A DNA stretch of 64,000 nucleotides from an uncultured bacterium (GTDB lineage: Bacteria; Krumholzibacteriota; Krumholzibacteriia; JACNKJ01): the NCBI GenBank assembly GCA_963695095.1, contig CAVOFT010000001.1, positions 192,001-256,000 on the forward strand, given 5' to 3'. The position numbers and the translations under genes are program-made. Shown in pieces: positions 50,524-61,629 of the stretch. Numbering within the stretch: position 1 is the first letter of the stretch; each line of letters begins with the position of its first letter. The notes under the pieces were generated by a model that saw only the letters and a program-made list of their open reading frames with translations, did not search any database and had not been told where the DNA came from.

Positions 50524-51812
50524 ATGGGAATGAAGCCACCCCGCTCCGACTCGCGCCCCTTTGCCCTGGCTGCAGGGCTTCTCCTCTTCGCACTCGCCTG
50601 CAACTCGGGCGGCGGTGCAGAGCAGCGCGGCGAGGCGCCCACGCCGAGCGTCGAGGCCGTCGCGGCCCGCCAGGGCGCGCTGCCCCTGGTCCAGCGCCTG
50701 AGCGGCGTGGTCAAGGCCACGAACCAGGTCGCCATCAACCCGGAGATCGGCGGCGTCATCACCGAGGTGCTCGTGCGCGACGGCGACGCGGTGAAGGCAG
50801 GCCAGCCGCTCCTGCGCCTGCGCGACAAGGAGTACCGCGACCGCCTCGCCCAGGCCGCCGCCAGCCTGCAGATCGCCGAGGCGCAGCAGCGCCAAGCCGC
50901 GGCCCTGGCCAAGGAGGCCGCCTCGGAGCTGGCCCGCGCGCAGGGCCTGGCCGCCGAGGATCTCGTCAGCAAGGCCCAGCTCGAGGCCGCCGAGACGAAG
51001 GCCGCCTCCGCCCAGGCCGCGCTGGACCTGGCCGACGCGCGCGTCGCGCAGGCCAGGGCCGGTCTCAGCGAGCAGGAGCAGAACCTCGCCCAGACCGAGA
51101 TCCGCGCGCCCGTGGCCGGCCGCGTCGGCGGCCGCAACGCCGAGGTCGGCATGCGCGTGGACAGCGGCACGCGCCTGTTCACCCTGGGCCAGCTCGATCA
51201 CCTGATCGTGGAGATCGTCATCACGGACACCATGCTGGCCTATCTCGAGGTCGGCCAGCCGGCCGAGATCCTGCCCGGCGAGCGCGCCGCCGACCCGCTG
51301 CGCGCGCGGCTCACGCGCATCTCGCCCTTCCTGCACCCGGTCACGCACAGCACGGAGGGCGAGCTGGAAGTGGCCAACGCGGAGGGCCGCCTCACGCCGG
51401 GCATGTTCGTCACCGTGGACGTCTTCTACGGCGAGAGCGAGCAGGCCACGCTGGTGCCGCTGAGCGCCCTCTACGAGCTTCCGACCACGGGCGCGACGGG
51501 CGTGTTCGTCACCGAGGTCGCCGTGGACAGGGAAGCGCTCGCTCCCATCGGCGACGACCCGGTGCCACCTTCACCGCGCCCCTGCCCTTCACGTTCGTGC
51601 CCGTGCAGGTGATCGCCAGGGGCCGCATGGTGGCCGGCATCGCGGGTGTGGCGCCGGGGCAGTGGGTGGTGACCATCGGCCAGCACCTGCTCGGCGAGGG
51701 CACGCCCAAGGCGCGCGTGCGCCCGGTGAAGTGGGACTGGGTGGAGAAGCTGCAAAACCTGCAACGGGAAGACCTGATGCAGGAAAGCCCCCCGCGCGAG
51801 CCCTCGTCCTAG
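50524..51812 (+). CDS. RND efflux periplasmic adaptor (MFP); frameshift near 51562
   Basis: Lipobox-like ALA-C; V..GD.VKAGQ.L; coiled coil; IRAPVAG; LTPGMF. The C-terminus (ATFTAPLP...GV.PGQWVVTIGQ) continues in another frame to TAG 51810-12. Confidence 0.85.
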
Positions 51813-51821
51813 GAGCCGGCC

Positions 51822-54800
51822 ATGAAGCTCACCGAGACCGCCGTCCACCGGCCCATTGCCACCACGATGGTCTTTCTCATCATCATCGTGCTGGGCATCA
51901 CCGCCTTCCGCTACCTGCCCGTGGATCTGCTGCCGCAGATCGAGTACCCGCAGCTCACCGTGCGCACGAACTATCCCAACGTGGGCCCGGAGGAGATCGA
52001 GAATCTCATCACGGACCGCATCGAGAACGCGCTGGCCGGCGTGCCCAACGTGGAGCGCATGCGCTCGAACTCCGAGGAGGGCGGCAGCAGCGTCACGCTG
52101 GAGTTCGCGCAGGGCACGAACATCGACGAGGCCGCCAACGACGTGCGCGCGGCGCTCGACCGCGTGCGCGACGCCTTCCCGCCCGAAGTCCAGTCGCCGC
52201 GCCTGTGGAAGTTCGACCCGGACAACTTCCCCGTCGTGGTGCTGGGCGCCAGCTCGCCGCGCGGCCTCGAGGAGCTGACCCGCCTGCTCGAGCGCGAGAT
52301 CGCCCAGCGCTTCGAGCAGATCCCCGGCGCCGGCGCGGTGGACGTCTTCGGCGGCATCTATCGCGAGATCCAGGTGCGCCTGCGCCGCGACCGCCTCGCC
52401 TCCAGCCGGCTCACGGCCACCGACGTGCAGCAGGCCCTCGAGCGCGAGAACGTCACCCTGCCCGGCGGGGACCTGCGCGAGGGCCTGAGCGACCTCTACG
52501 TGCGCACCCGCGGCGAGTACGAGACGGTGGACCAGATCGCGCAGACCATCATCACGGTGATCGACGGCAAGCCCATCCGCGTGGGCGACGTGGCCGAGGT
52601 GGTGGACGGCCAGGCCGACGTGAACCGCATCGTGCAGATCGACGGCAAGCCGATGGTGCGCCTGGCCGTGCGCAAGCAGTCGGGCGCGAACACGGTGGAG
52701 GTGGCGCGCGCCGCCCGCGCCGAGATGGAGAGAATCAACGCCGAGCGCGAGGACCTCGAGCTGCTGCTCGTCATGGACCAGAGCGCCTTCATCCAGAACT
52801 CCATCGACAACGTGAAGAAGTCCGCGCTCTGGGGCGGCCTGCTGGCGATCTTCGTCCTCTACCTGTTCCTGCGCCACCGCTCGACCACCATCATCATCGC
52901 GCTGGCGATTCCCATCTCCATCATCGCCTCCTTCGGTCTGCTCTACTTCGGCAAGCTCACGCTGAACCAGATGAGCTTCGGCGGCCTGGCCCTGGGCATC
53001 GGCATGGTGGTGGACAGCGCCATCGTCGTGCTCGAGAACATCGTGCGCCGGCGCGAGGACGGCCTCGCGCCCACGGAGGCCGCGCTCAGCGGCACCCAGC
53101 AGGTGACGGGGGCCATCATCGCCTCCACGCTGACCACCATGGTCATCTTCCTGCCCGTGGTCTTCATGCAGACCATCTCGGGCATCCTCTTTCGCGAGCT
53201 GGCCCTGGTGGTGGTCTTCGCCCTCGCCTGCGCGCTCTTCGTGGCGCTCACCCTGGTGCCCATGCTCAGCGGCCGCTACCTGCACGTCGCCGCGGACGAG
53301 GGCAGCTCCCGCCGCGGCGCCTGGCTGCGCGCGGTGGAAGGCGCCTACGCCCGCTGGCTGGCGGCGACCCTGCGGCGGCCGAAGACCGTGGTGGGCGTGA
53401 CGCTCCTGCTGCTCGGCGGGGCCATCGGCCTCTGGCAGCTCCTGCCCGTTGAGCTGGCCCCCCAGACCGATGCCGACGAGGTCAGCATCGAGCTGGAGAT
53501 GGCCCAGGGCACGAACATCGCCGTGGTGAAGGAGTACCTGGGCGAGCTGGAGCGCGTGGTGCGCGAGGCCACGCCGATGGACCAGCTCGAGCACATGAGC
53601 ATCCAGATCCGCGGTGGCGACGCCGAGGTGGAGCTGGCCCTGCTCGGCGCCGACGAGCGCACGATGGACAGCCAGGTGATCGCCGACGAGATCCGCCGCC
53701 GCGTGGTGGGCCGCATCCCGGGCGCCGAGCTGCGCGTGCGGGCCCAGTCCGGGCTCTGGATGCTTCGGCGCCTTTTCGGCTCGGGCGGCGGCGAGGCCGT
53801 GGAGCTGGAGCTGCGCGGCTACGACCTGGAGCGGGCGGATCAGCTCGCCCAGCAGATTCGCAGCGTCATGCAAGGGGTGCCCGATGTGGCCGACGTGCGC
53901 GTGAGCCGCCGGGAGGGGCGGCCCGAGCAGAACCTGATCGTCGACCGCGAGAAGATCGCCCAGCTCGGCCTCTCGGTGAGCCAGGTGGCGCGGGTGATCC
54001 AGGCCAACGTGGGCGGCAGCCAGGCGGGCGTCTTCCGCGAGGGGGGCGAGGAGTACCCCATCGTCGTGCGGCTGCGGCCCGAGGACCGCCTCAGCGCGCT
54101 CGATCTCGGCAACATCACCGTGCGCAGCGCGAACGGTGAGATCGTGCCCGTCTCGGCGGTGCTGCGCGCCGAGCGCCGGCGCGGGCCGACGGGCATCGCC
54201 CGCGTCGACGGCCAGCGCGTGACCACGATCACCGCCAATCTCGCCGCGGGCGCGGCCCTCGGCGACGTGGTCGAGCGCCTGCAGGACGAGCTGCGCTCGC
54301 TGGCCCTGCCGGCGGACTTCTCGCTCGTCTTCAGCGGCGAGTACGAGGAGCAGCAGAAGGCGCGGCGGGACTTCATCCTCAGCATCGTGATCGCGCTGGT
54401 GCTGATCTACATGGTGATGGCCGCGCAGTTCGAGCGCTACCTCGACCCGCTGATCGTGATGGTCTCGGTGCCGCTGGCCATCGTCGGCGTGGTGCCCACG
54501 CTGCTGCTCACGGGCACGAGCCTGAACGTGCAGAGCCTGATGGGCATCATCATGCTCATCGGCATCGTCGTGAACAACGCCATCGTGCTGGTGGACTACA
54601 TCAACCTCATGCGCCGCGAGGAAGGGCTGGCCGTGCGCGAGGCGGTGCTGCGCGCTGGACAGCGGCGCCTGCGCCCCATCCTGATGACCACGGCGACGAC
54701 GGTGCTCGGCATGCTGCCGCTCGCCATCGGCGGCGGCGCGGGCGGCGAGATCCAGGCCGCCCTGGCCCGCGCGGTCATCGGCGGGCTCTCGGCCTCCACC

Positions 54801-54917
54801 CTGATCACGCTCTTCCTGATTCCCACGGTCTACGCCGGCGTCTACGGCCTGCTCGAGCGGCGCGGCGCGCGTGCCCAGGCGGCGCCGGCGCCCCGAGAGC
54901 AGGCGGAGCCCGCGTAG
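51822..54917 (+). CDS. RND efflux permease (AcrB/AcrD/AcrF family)
   Basis: 1031 aa, 12-TM pattern; [24 protein letters not shown]. Confidence 0.95.
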   Translation: MKLTETAVHRPIATTMVFLIIIVLGITAFRYLPVDLLPQIEYPQLTVRTNYPNVGPEEIENLITDRIENALAGVPNVERMRSNSEEGGSSVTLEFAQGTNIDEAANDVRAALDRVRDAFPPEVQSPRLWKFDPDNFPVVVLGASSPRGLEELTRLLEREIAQRFEQIPGAGAVDVFGGIYREIQVRLRRDRLASSRLTATDVQQALERENVTLPGGDLREGLSDLYVRTRGEYETVDQIAQTIITVIDGKPIRVGDVAEVVDGQADVNRIVQIDGKPMVRLAVRKQSGANTVEVARAARAEMERINAEREDLELLLVMDQSAFIQNSIDNVKKSALWGGLLAIFVLYLFLRHRSTTIIIALAIPISIIASFGLLYFGKLTLNQMSFGGLALGIGMVVDSAIVVLENIVRRREDGLAPTEAALSGTQQVTGAIIASTLTTMVIFLPVVFMQTISGILFRELALVVVFALACALFVALTLVPMLSGRYLHVAADEGSSRRGAWLRAVEGAYARWLAATLRRPKTVVGVTLLLLGGAIGLWQLLPVELAPQTDADEVSIELEMAQGTNIAVVKEYLGELERVVREATPMDQLEHMSIQIRGGDAEVELALLGADERTMDSQVIADEIRRRVVGRIPGAELRVRAQSGLWMLRRLFGSGGGEAVELELRGYDLERADQLAQQIRSVMQGVPDVADVRVSRREGRPEQNLIVDREKIAQLGLSVSQVARVIQANVGGSQAGVFREGGEEYPIVVRLRPEDRLSALDLGNITVRSANGEIVPVSAVLRAERRRGPTGIARVDGQRVTTITANLAAGAALGDVVERLQDELRSLALPADFSLVFSGEYEEQQKARRDFILSIVIALVLIYMVMAAQFERYLDPLIVMVSVPLAIVGVVPTLLLTGTSLNVQSLMGIIMLIGIVVNNAIVLVDYINLMRREEGLAVREAVLRAGQRRLRPILMTTATTVLGMLPLAIGGGAGGEIQAALARAVIGGLSASTLITLFLIPTVYAGVYGLLERRGARAQAAPAPREQAEPA

Positions 54918-55040
54918 GCGAAGTCGGCACGGGTCGAAAGATCGCGGGAGATTTCTCCGGGTTGCCAAATGAGGCCGCCAACGCCCACCGCAGGGGCGTC
55001 GCCCCCCTCATTGCCGACCCACAGCCCGGAGCGTTTTCCA

Positions 55041-55493
55041 ATGCGATCCACCCTCGTCGCAACCGCGCTATTCCTTGTGCTTCCCTTCACATGCCTTGCC
55101 GCCGAGGAGGCCCTCGCCCCGAGCGATGCCGGCCTCGCGCTCGAGGCACCGGCTCCGGGCGGCAGCGAGCCGGCCACGCCGAGCGCCGACCCCTTCATGG
55201 CCGCCGTGCGCGCCGCCCTCGCCGAGCAGGACGCGGCCGTCGCCGCCCTGCAGCGGGCCATGGACGCCGCTCCTGACGAGGCCACGGCCCTGGCCCGGCA
55301 GCGGGAGATCCAGGACGTGAAGCAGGAGACGGAGCTGGCCATCCTCCGCCTGCAGGCCGAGCGCGCACTCGCCGAGGGACGCGCCGAACTGGCCGCCGAG
55401 ATCGCCGCCGCCATCGACGCCATCAAGAACCCGCCGCTGCCCCTGGTGGCGACGCAGCGCGACGAGCCGGCGGTCCCCGCCGGCGAGCGCTAG
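55041..55493 (+). CDS. Small secreted alpha-helical/coiled-coil protein
   Basis: Signal peptide; Ala/Glu-rich heptads; 10 nt upstream of the zincin gene. Confidence 0.7.
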   Translation: MRSTLVATALFLVLPFTCLAAEEALAPSDAGLALEAPAPGGSEPATPSADPFMAAVRAALAEQDAAVAALQRAMDAAPDEATALARQREIQDVKQETELAILRLQAERALAEGRAELAAEIAAAIDAIKNPPLPLVATQRDEPAVPAGER

Positions 55494-55503
55494 GGGGCCG
55501 GCC

Positions 55504-58500
55504 ATGTCGCGCAGCCTGCGCGCCGCCCTCGGGGCGGCCCTGCTCGTCTTCTTCGCCCTGCCCGCCGGCGCCACCCTCGGCCCCGGCGTCAAGGTCACTC
55601 CCCAGGCCGATGCGCCCACGCCGAGCGCGGGCACCGTCTTCGCGCATGGCGTGGAGATCGAGGTGGGCCGGGCGCTGGCGCTCAGCGACTTCGCGCTGGC
55701 GGGCGACGGCTGGAGCCTGCTCGCCCTCGACGCGCCCGCCGAGCGCGCCCTCGTTCCCGGCGAGCGCCTGCGCGTGGACTTCCGCGCCTTGCCCTCCCGC
55801 GGCGCCGGTCCGCTCACGCTGAGCTTTCTGGCCGACGGCCGCCGGGTCGCCAAGCGCCTGGACTACGATCCCGCGCGCCGCGCGGCCCTCGCCGCCGGCG
55901 CCGCCCTGGGCCAGCAGCCCGGCACGGGCGAAACGCCCCAGCTCGCGCCGGGCCGGCGCCCCGCGCAGGAGGAACCCGCGCCCGGCGCGCCGCAGCGCGG
56001 GGATCGCGACGGCCAGAACCGCACGATCACGGTGTCGGGCCGCATGGTCTACGAGCGCGAGGACGGGCTCACCCTCGGCGTGGACCGGGCGCTCGTCCAG
56101 GTCTTCGACCAGAACTGGCCGGTCAACCTGATGCAGGTGGAAGGCTACACGGACACGCAGGGCTACTTCAGTCTGAACTTCGAGTGGGCGGAGTGCGCCT
56201 GGTGCGAGCCCGACCCGGACCTCTTCATCCGCCTGGAGGCGCGCAACACGCACACCCAGGTGCAGGACTCCAGCTGGGAGATCAACTACTCCTGGGTGAC
56301 GGGCACCTGGACCAACTACGGCGGCACGAACCTGAACATCGGCACCTGGGAGCCCGCGGACGAGTCGCTGCACCCGGCGCTGCACATCCTCACCGGCATC
56401 ACGCGCACCTGGCGCTGGCTCTCCACCCGCGAGGGCTACAACACTCCGCCCGTGGACGTGCAGTGGCCCGAGCCGCCGGGGGCGAGCTACTACGACAGCT
56501 TCTGGCAGGAAATCCACATCACCGAGGAGAAGCAGTGGTGGGAGTCCACGCAGAGCCACGAGTACGGCCACCACTGGATCAACAACTACGCCGAGGACCT
56601 GCCGCCCGACTACTGCAACGGCTACTGCGATGGCAACGCCCAGCAGGGCGACTGCGGCCACTGCATGTGGTGCCCGGAGACGACCGCCGTTGCCTTCAGC
56701 GAGGGCTGGCCCAACTGGCTGGCCGACGTGATCACGCGCTCCTACCCGGTCGACTACGGCGCGACCGCCCTCTTTCCGCGCGATCAGGAGGATCTCGACA
56801 TCTGCGGGCAGACCGGGCTCTTCGCCGAGGCCGAGCTGACCGAGGGCTTCTTCGGTGCCCTGATGCGCGACCTCGAGGACGGCGTCTCCAGCGACGACGA
56901 GCACGGCCTGCCCGGCGCCGACGGCCTCAGCGACCGGCTCGCCCTGGGCACGAACGAGATCTTCGACATCATCGACACCTTCCATCCCCTCACGCCGGCG
57001 GCCTTCCTCAACCAAGCCAAGATCACCCTCGCCGCGCAAGCGGAGGACCTCTGGGAGACGGCGGCCAACTGCGGCTTTCAGACCGACAACGGCGCCGGGC
57101 CGGGCCTGGCGGGCAATCTCAGCTCGCCCAGCCACCCCGAGGGCGTGGAGGTGGCCGACTACACCCCGACCCTCACCTGGAGTCGTCCCGTCGACGACGC
57201 CTCGGGCGTGGGCAGCTATCGCGTGCTCTGGACGGAGGACGCGCCCTGCAATCCCCTCGATGCCGGTCCCGGCTGGTGCCCGGGCGTGAACGGCAGCGAC
57301 GTGGAGACGATCGGCGACGTGACCAGCTACGACAGCGGCGCGCAGGGCGTCACCCTGCTGCCGGGCCGCGACTACTACTTCAACATCGTCGCCCAGGATC
57401 GGGCCGGCAACTTCGGCGAGAGCTACGCCTCCTACGGGCCGATCCGCATTCGCCAGCCGGAACCGGCGAACCTGGCCCACACCCTGCGCGCGGGCTGGGC
57501 CTACGAGGTGGTGCCCCGCGCCACGAACGACGCCTCCGGCAGCAGCGTGCCCATCTCGGCTTCGCTGCCGGGCAACGCCAGCTCCACCTATCTCAACATG
57601 AGCGGCCGCAATTTCGGCGAGTCGGCCACGAGCGGCAACGTGCTCATGCGGCTCTACGTGGACGACGCCTACCGCTACTACCTCGCCTGGGGACCCTGGA
57701 GCGCGGGCGGCAACTACTACGCCAACAATTTCGGCCCGATCTCGATCCGCGGCGGCCGGCACACCTACGAGTCGCGCCTGGATCCGCTGGAGACGATCGC
57801 CGAAACGAACGAGACGGACAACAACTGGGGCCGCCAGTGGATCTGGACGCCCTACGACCTCGCGCCGGGGCTGCCGGTCACGCGCAGCGCGCCGCCCGCG
57901 CCCACGGGCGGCTGGGGCTCTGTCGGCGGCCAGTCGCTCTACTATAACTGCGACGGCTTCCGCTTCAGCACGGACGGCTGGTACAACGCCGTCGTCCTCG
58001 TTCCCGGCAATGCCGCGCAGGACTACGACCTGCGCCTGCACGCGCCCAGCTCGGGCGCCACGAACGGCTTCGGCGCCAACCTCGGCTGGAGCGGCCGCGG
58101 CCCCGGCAAGCTGAATGCCGTGATCGCCAACAAGTACCAGACCGGCAGCGCCGACTACGATGTCGGCGTGCTGAACTGGGCCGGCGCCGGCGACTTCACG
58201 ATCGAGCAGGTGCTCAGCACGCCCTTCCCCATCGGCGACTCGCTGACGATCACGATGCCGGCCGGCAAGCTGCTCACCTTGCACGACTTCTTCGTCTTCG
58301 AGGAGAACGTGGGGCCGGTGAGCATCTCGATCGAGGCCGACCCGGCGGCGGGGCCGCTGCACCTGTTCTGGCTGGCCGAGGACTTCGCGGTGGGCGACCT
58401 GCTCGATGCCGATGCCATGGCGACCACGGATGCCAGCGGCCGCGCGCGGCTCGATTTCGCGGTGCCGGACTTCGGCTTCAACGGCTTCGGCATCTACCGG

Positions 58501-59970
58501 GATCCGGACTTCACGCGCAACGGCGAGATCCAGGTTGTGGTTGAATTGCAGAACACGCCGCCGGACTTCCTGCCCTGGACCTTCGCCGGCTGGCACTCGC
58601 CCCTGGTGCCCCGACCCGCGAACGACGGCCAGACGAACAGCGTCGCCCTGCCGGATACCCTGCATGGCAACCTCAGCTCGACCTGGCTGAACATCGGCGT
58701 GCGCAACGAGAGCCCCACCGGCGCCAGCGGTCTGCAGGGGCGCATCTACCGGGACGGCGTCTACTTCGCCTGGCTCGCCTGGGGCTGGTTCGGCGGCTAC
58801 GCGAGCAGCCCCTTCAACTGGGGCCAGGTGATGAACTTCGGCGGCGGCCGCCACGCCCTGAGCGTGCGGCTGGACGGCGGGGAGACGATCGAGGAGATCG
58901 ACGAGGAGAACAACGTCTACGGCGAGCAGTACGTGTGGAGCCCATTGCAGCTCGCCAACGACACGCCGGGCCTGCACGCCGCACCGCCGGCCCGCACGGG
59001 CGGCTGGGAGGATCTCGCAAGCGGCGAGCCGATCTGGTTCAACTGCGACGGCCTGCGCGTGCCGGGCAACCACGGCTGGTGGCAGGCCATCGCAACGGTC
59101 CCGAGCCTGGACGAGGACGTGGACCTGCGCCTGCACCCCAAGCTGGTGGGCGCCAAGCAGGGCTTCGCCGAGAACTACGCGGTGAGCGGCTGGGGGCCCA
59201 GCGCCAGCGACTTCGTGCTGATGAACTACAACGGCGCGCCGCAGGCGCCCTTCGACGTCGGCGTGCTCAACCAGAACGCCAGCGGCTTCTATCTCATGGA
59301 GGCCGTGGGCTCGAGCTATCTCGGCGCGAACCCGGACGGCGTCTTCGGCCCCTACACGCTCGGCGTGTACCACCTGCTCGACCTCTACGAGATCCGGCTG
59401 CTGGCCGGCAACGAGTACGTCGTGCTGCTGGAGAACCTGGCCGGCGACGTGGACTGGGGCATCAGCCTGCACATCGGCAGCGATCGCTACCAGAGCAAGA
59501 GCGACGCCTTCCAGGATGCCGCCGCCTGGTTCGCCCCGCCGGGTGAAAACGAGACGCTGCGCCTGAGCCCCACGGTGAACGGCAGCTTCTGCCTCGCGGT
59601 CTGGAAGGTGGGCACGCCGGACGCCGACAAGGCGGGCAGCTACCAGCTGCACATCTACAAGGGCAGCACGCCGGCCGACGATGCGCCGCCCGCGCGCACG
59701 GCCCTGGCCGGCGCCTGGCCCAATCCCTTCAACCCGAGCACCACGCTGGCCTTCGAGCTGGCTGTGCCGGGGGAAGTGCGCCTGGATGTCTACGACGGCG
59801 CGGGGCGGCGACTGCGGCGCCTGGTCGAGGGGCGCTTCGATGTCGGCCGCCACACGGCGGTCTGGGACGGCCGCGACGAGCGCGGGCAGCCCTTGCCCAG
59901 CGGCGTCTACTTCGCGCGCTTCGAAGCGGGGATGCTGGCTCAGAGCCGCAAGCTCGTGCTGCTCAAATGA
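55504..59970 (+). CDS. Large secreted zinc metalloprotease-like protein (HEYGH) with FN3-like, duplicated CARDB-containing modules and FlgD tail
   Basis: HEYGHH...AFSEGW gluzincin-like pair; E..E..N.(W/Y) CARDB-like motif twice; PNPFNP...KLVLLK. Confidence 0.8.
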   Translation: MSRSLRAALGAALLVFFALPAGATLGPGVKVTPQADAPTPSAGTVFAHGVEIEVGRALALSDFALAGDGWSLLALDAPAERALVPGERLRVDFRALPSRGAGPLTLSFLADGRRVAKRLDYDPARRAALAAGAALGQQPGTGETPQLAPGRRPAQEEPAPGAPQRGDRDGQNRTITVSGRMVYEREDGLTLGVDRALVQVFDQNWPVNLMQVEGYTDTQGYFSLNFEWAECAWCEPDPDLFIRLEARNTHTQVQDSSWEINYSWVTGTWTNYGGTNLNIGTWEPADESLHPALHILTGITRTWRWLSTREGYNTPPVDVQWPEPPGASYYDSFWQEIHITEEKQWWESTQSHEYGHHWINNYAEDLPPDYCNGYCDGNAQQGDCGHCMWCPETTAVAFSEGWPNWLADVITRSYPVDYGATALFPRDQEDLDICGQTGLFAEAELTEGFFGALMRDLEDGVSSDDEHGLPGADGLSDRLALGTNEIFDIIDTFHPLTPAAFLNQAKITLAAQAEDLWETAANCGFQTDNGAGPGLAGNLSSPSHPEGVEVADYTPTLTWSRPVDDASGVGSYRVLWTEDAPCNPLDAGPGWCPGVNGSDVETIGDVTSYDSGAQGVTLLPGRDYYFNIVAQDRAGNFGESYASYGPIRIRQPEPANLAHTLRAGWAYEVVPRATNDASGSSVPISASLPGNASSTYLNMSGRNFGESATSGNVLMRLYVDDAYRYYLAWGPWSAGGNYYANNFGPISIRGGRHTYESRLDPLETIAETNETDNNWGRQWIWTPYDLAPGLPVTRSAPPAPTGGWGSVGGQSLYYNCDGFRFSTDGWYNAVVLVPGNAAQDYDLRLHAPSSGATNGFGANLGWSGRGPGKLNAVIANKYQTGSADYDVGVLNWAGAGDFTIEQVLSTPFPIGDSLTITMPAGKLLTLHDFFVFEENVGPVSISIEADPAAGPLHLFWLAEDFAVGDLLDADAMATTDASGRARLDFAVPDFGFNGFGIYRDPDFTRNGEIQVVVELQNTPPDFLPWTFAGWHSPLVPRPANDGQTNSVALPDTLHGNLSSTWLNIGVRNESPTGASGLQGRIYRDGVYFAWLAWGWFGGYASSPFNWGQVMNFGGGRHALSVRLDGGETIEEIDEENNVYGEQYVWSPLQLANDTPGLHAAPPARTGGWEDLASGEPIWFNCDGLRVPGNHGWWQAIATVPSLDEDVDLRLHPKLVGAKQGFAENYAVSGWGPSASDFVLMNYNGAPQAPFDVGVLNQNASGFYLMEAVGSSYLGANPDGVFGPYTLGVYHLLDLYEIRLLAGNEYVVLLENLAGDVDWGISLHIGSDRYQSKSDAFQDAAAWFAPPGENETLRLSPTVNGSFCLAVWKVGTPDADKAGSYQLHIYKGSTPADDAPPARTALAGAWPNPFNPSTTLAFELAVPGEVRLDVYDGAGRRLRRLVEGRFDVGRHTAVWDGRDERGQPLPSGVYFARFEAGMLAQSRKLVLLK

Positions 59971-59998
59971 CCGGCCGGCCGTAGCGCAGCTGATAGCG

Positions 59999-60032
59999 GG
60001 CCAGGGACTTGCCACGTGGCAAGTCCCTGGCC
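59999..60032. repeat. 34-bp perfect palindrome centred on TTGCCACGTGGCAA, copy 3
   Basis: GGCCAGGGACTTGCCACGTGGCAAGTCCCTGGCC between convergent stops at 59970 and 60040. Confidence 0.92.
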
Positions 60033-60039
60033 TCTCGCT

Positions 60040-61629
60040 TCAGCCGAAGTAGCGGTAGTAGGGCCGGGCCGCTTCCAGCGGCCCCTTGCGATGCCGGCAG
60101 ATGTAGATGTTCGCGCCGCCCTCGTAGTCGATGGCGAAGGGGACCGCCAGCCGCCGCCAGAGTGTGACTTCCTCGTAGGCCCCGCGCAGCGCTTCTTCGT
60201 TCAGGTTCACAGCGATCGCCGTGTCGCCGCTGCGCCCCTCGGGCCACCAGTACCAGTAGTTGTTGTGCCCGCAGACCGTGGGCGGCAGGTCCAGCCCCCG
60301 CTTGCGATAGTAGTCGGCAGCGCCGGCCTGGCCGTAGTTCGAAACGAGCAGCAGGCAGTCCGCGCGCTCCGCCTCGCTGAGCGTGGCGTAGGCCGCGGCC
60401 TCGGCTTCGGCCTGTTCCCACCAGGCGAAGTGATCGGCGAGATGCTGGGGCAGGGTCTGGTTCTGGTGTGAGAACTCGGAGGGCGCGGGCTGCAGATGCG
60501 TCGCGTTCAGATAGCGCGCTGTGGCCGCCGGTGAGAGCACAGGCAGGCAGAGGGGCAGCGTGAAGAGTCCGCCGAGCACGAGCAGCACGCCGAGCACCGG
60601 GATGCCCGGCCGCCAGCGGCGCTGGAGCCAGCCGGCCAGGGCCACGGCGCCCGCCGCCAGGATCAGCGGCTGCGCGGACGCCAGGTAGTAGGACTTGCCG
60701 TGGCGGAGCATCAGCGCCAGGGCGGCAACGGGCCAGATCCAGGCCAGGGCGCGCAGGGGGCGCAGGGCCCGCGCCGCGAAGAGCCAGACGGCGCCCAGCA
60801 CCCAGAGCAGCAGGTTGAAGGGATGCGTCTCCAGCGCCACCTCGGCGAGGAAGGCGGGCGGCGACAGGGGGACCATCTTCCCGGCGCGGGCATTGGCCAT
60901 GAACTCCAGCGTGGGCCAGCCCAGGCGCTGTTGCCAGATCAGGTGGGGCGCGAAGAGGGCCAGTGCGATCGCGGCCGCCAGCCAGGGGCCGGGCCGCGCG
61001 AAGTGTCGCCGCGCCGGCGTGGCCAGCAGCCCCGCGGCCAGGCCCGCGCCGAGCAGCAGCACGCTGATCTTGTTGAGCAGGCCCAGGCCCAGCAAGACGC
61101 CCAGCCAAAGCCAGGGTGCGAGCCCGCCGCGGTCGGCCGTCCTGCCCTCGGAGCGGCGCAAGATGCGGACGAGCAGCAGCGCGGCGCCCACCCAGACCAG
61201 GGGCTCGAAGGCGTTCATCGAGTAGAAGGCCGAGGTGACGAGCAGCGCGGGGGCGATGAGCACGGCGCCTGCGGCCAGACCCTGCGCTGCGCGGCGCCCG
61301 CCCAGATCGCGCGCGAGTGCGCCGCTCAGGAAGACCAAGGCCGCGCCCGCGGCCGCGGGCAGGAGCCGAATCCCCCAGATCAGCTCGCCGCCGATCAGCG
61401 CCCGCCAGCCGGCGAGCAGGGCGATGGACAGCGGCGGATGGTCCACGTAGCCCCAGGCGAGGTGGTCCGCGCAGGCGAAGTAGTAGAACTCGTCGCGGAA
61501 GGGGCCCCAGCGTCCGTTCGTGGCCAGGTGCAGGAGCGCGTGCAGAGCGGCGAGGCCGAGCAGCAGTCGCCAGGCCAGCGGCGGCGCGCTCTCTCGGGTG
61601 ACGGGTTCCTGCGCCGCGCCGGCCATCAT
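60040..61629 (-). CDS. Glycosyltransferase family 39 (ArnT/PMT-like) membrane protein
   Basis: FRDEFYY....HLAWGYVDHPPL; GLGLLNK; P.LIWQ...GWP; K.YY; NYGQAGA; HNNYWYW. Confidence 0.88.
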   Translation of the reverse strand: MMAGAAQEPVTRESAPPLAWRLLLGLAALHALLHLATNGRWGPFRDEFYYFACADHLAWGYVDHPPLSIALLAGWRALIGGELIWGIRLLPAAAGAALVFLSGALARDLGGRRAAQGLAAGAVLIAPALLVTSAFYSMNAFEPLVWVGAALLLVRILRRSEGRTADRGGLAPWLWLGVLLGLGLLNKISVLLLGAGLAAGLLATPARRHFARPGPWLAAAIALALFAPHLIWQQRLGWPTLEFMANARAGKMVPLSPPAFLAEVALETHPFNLLLWVLGAVWLFAARALRPLRALAWIWPVAALALMLRHGKSYYLASAQPLILAAGAVALAGWLQRRWRPGIPVLGVLLVLGGLFTLPLCLPVLSPAATARYLNATHLQPAPSEFSHQNQTLPQHLADHFAWWEQAEAEAAAYATLSEAERADCLLLVSNYGQAGAADYYRKRGLDLPPTVCGHNNYWYWWPEGRSGDTAIAVNLNEEALRGAYEEVTLWRRLAVPFAIDYEGGANIYICRHRKGPLEAARPYYRYFG

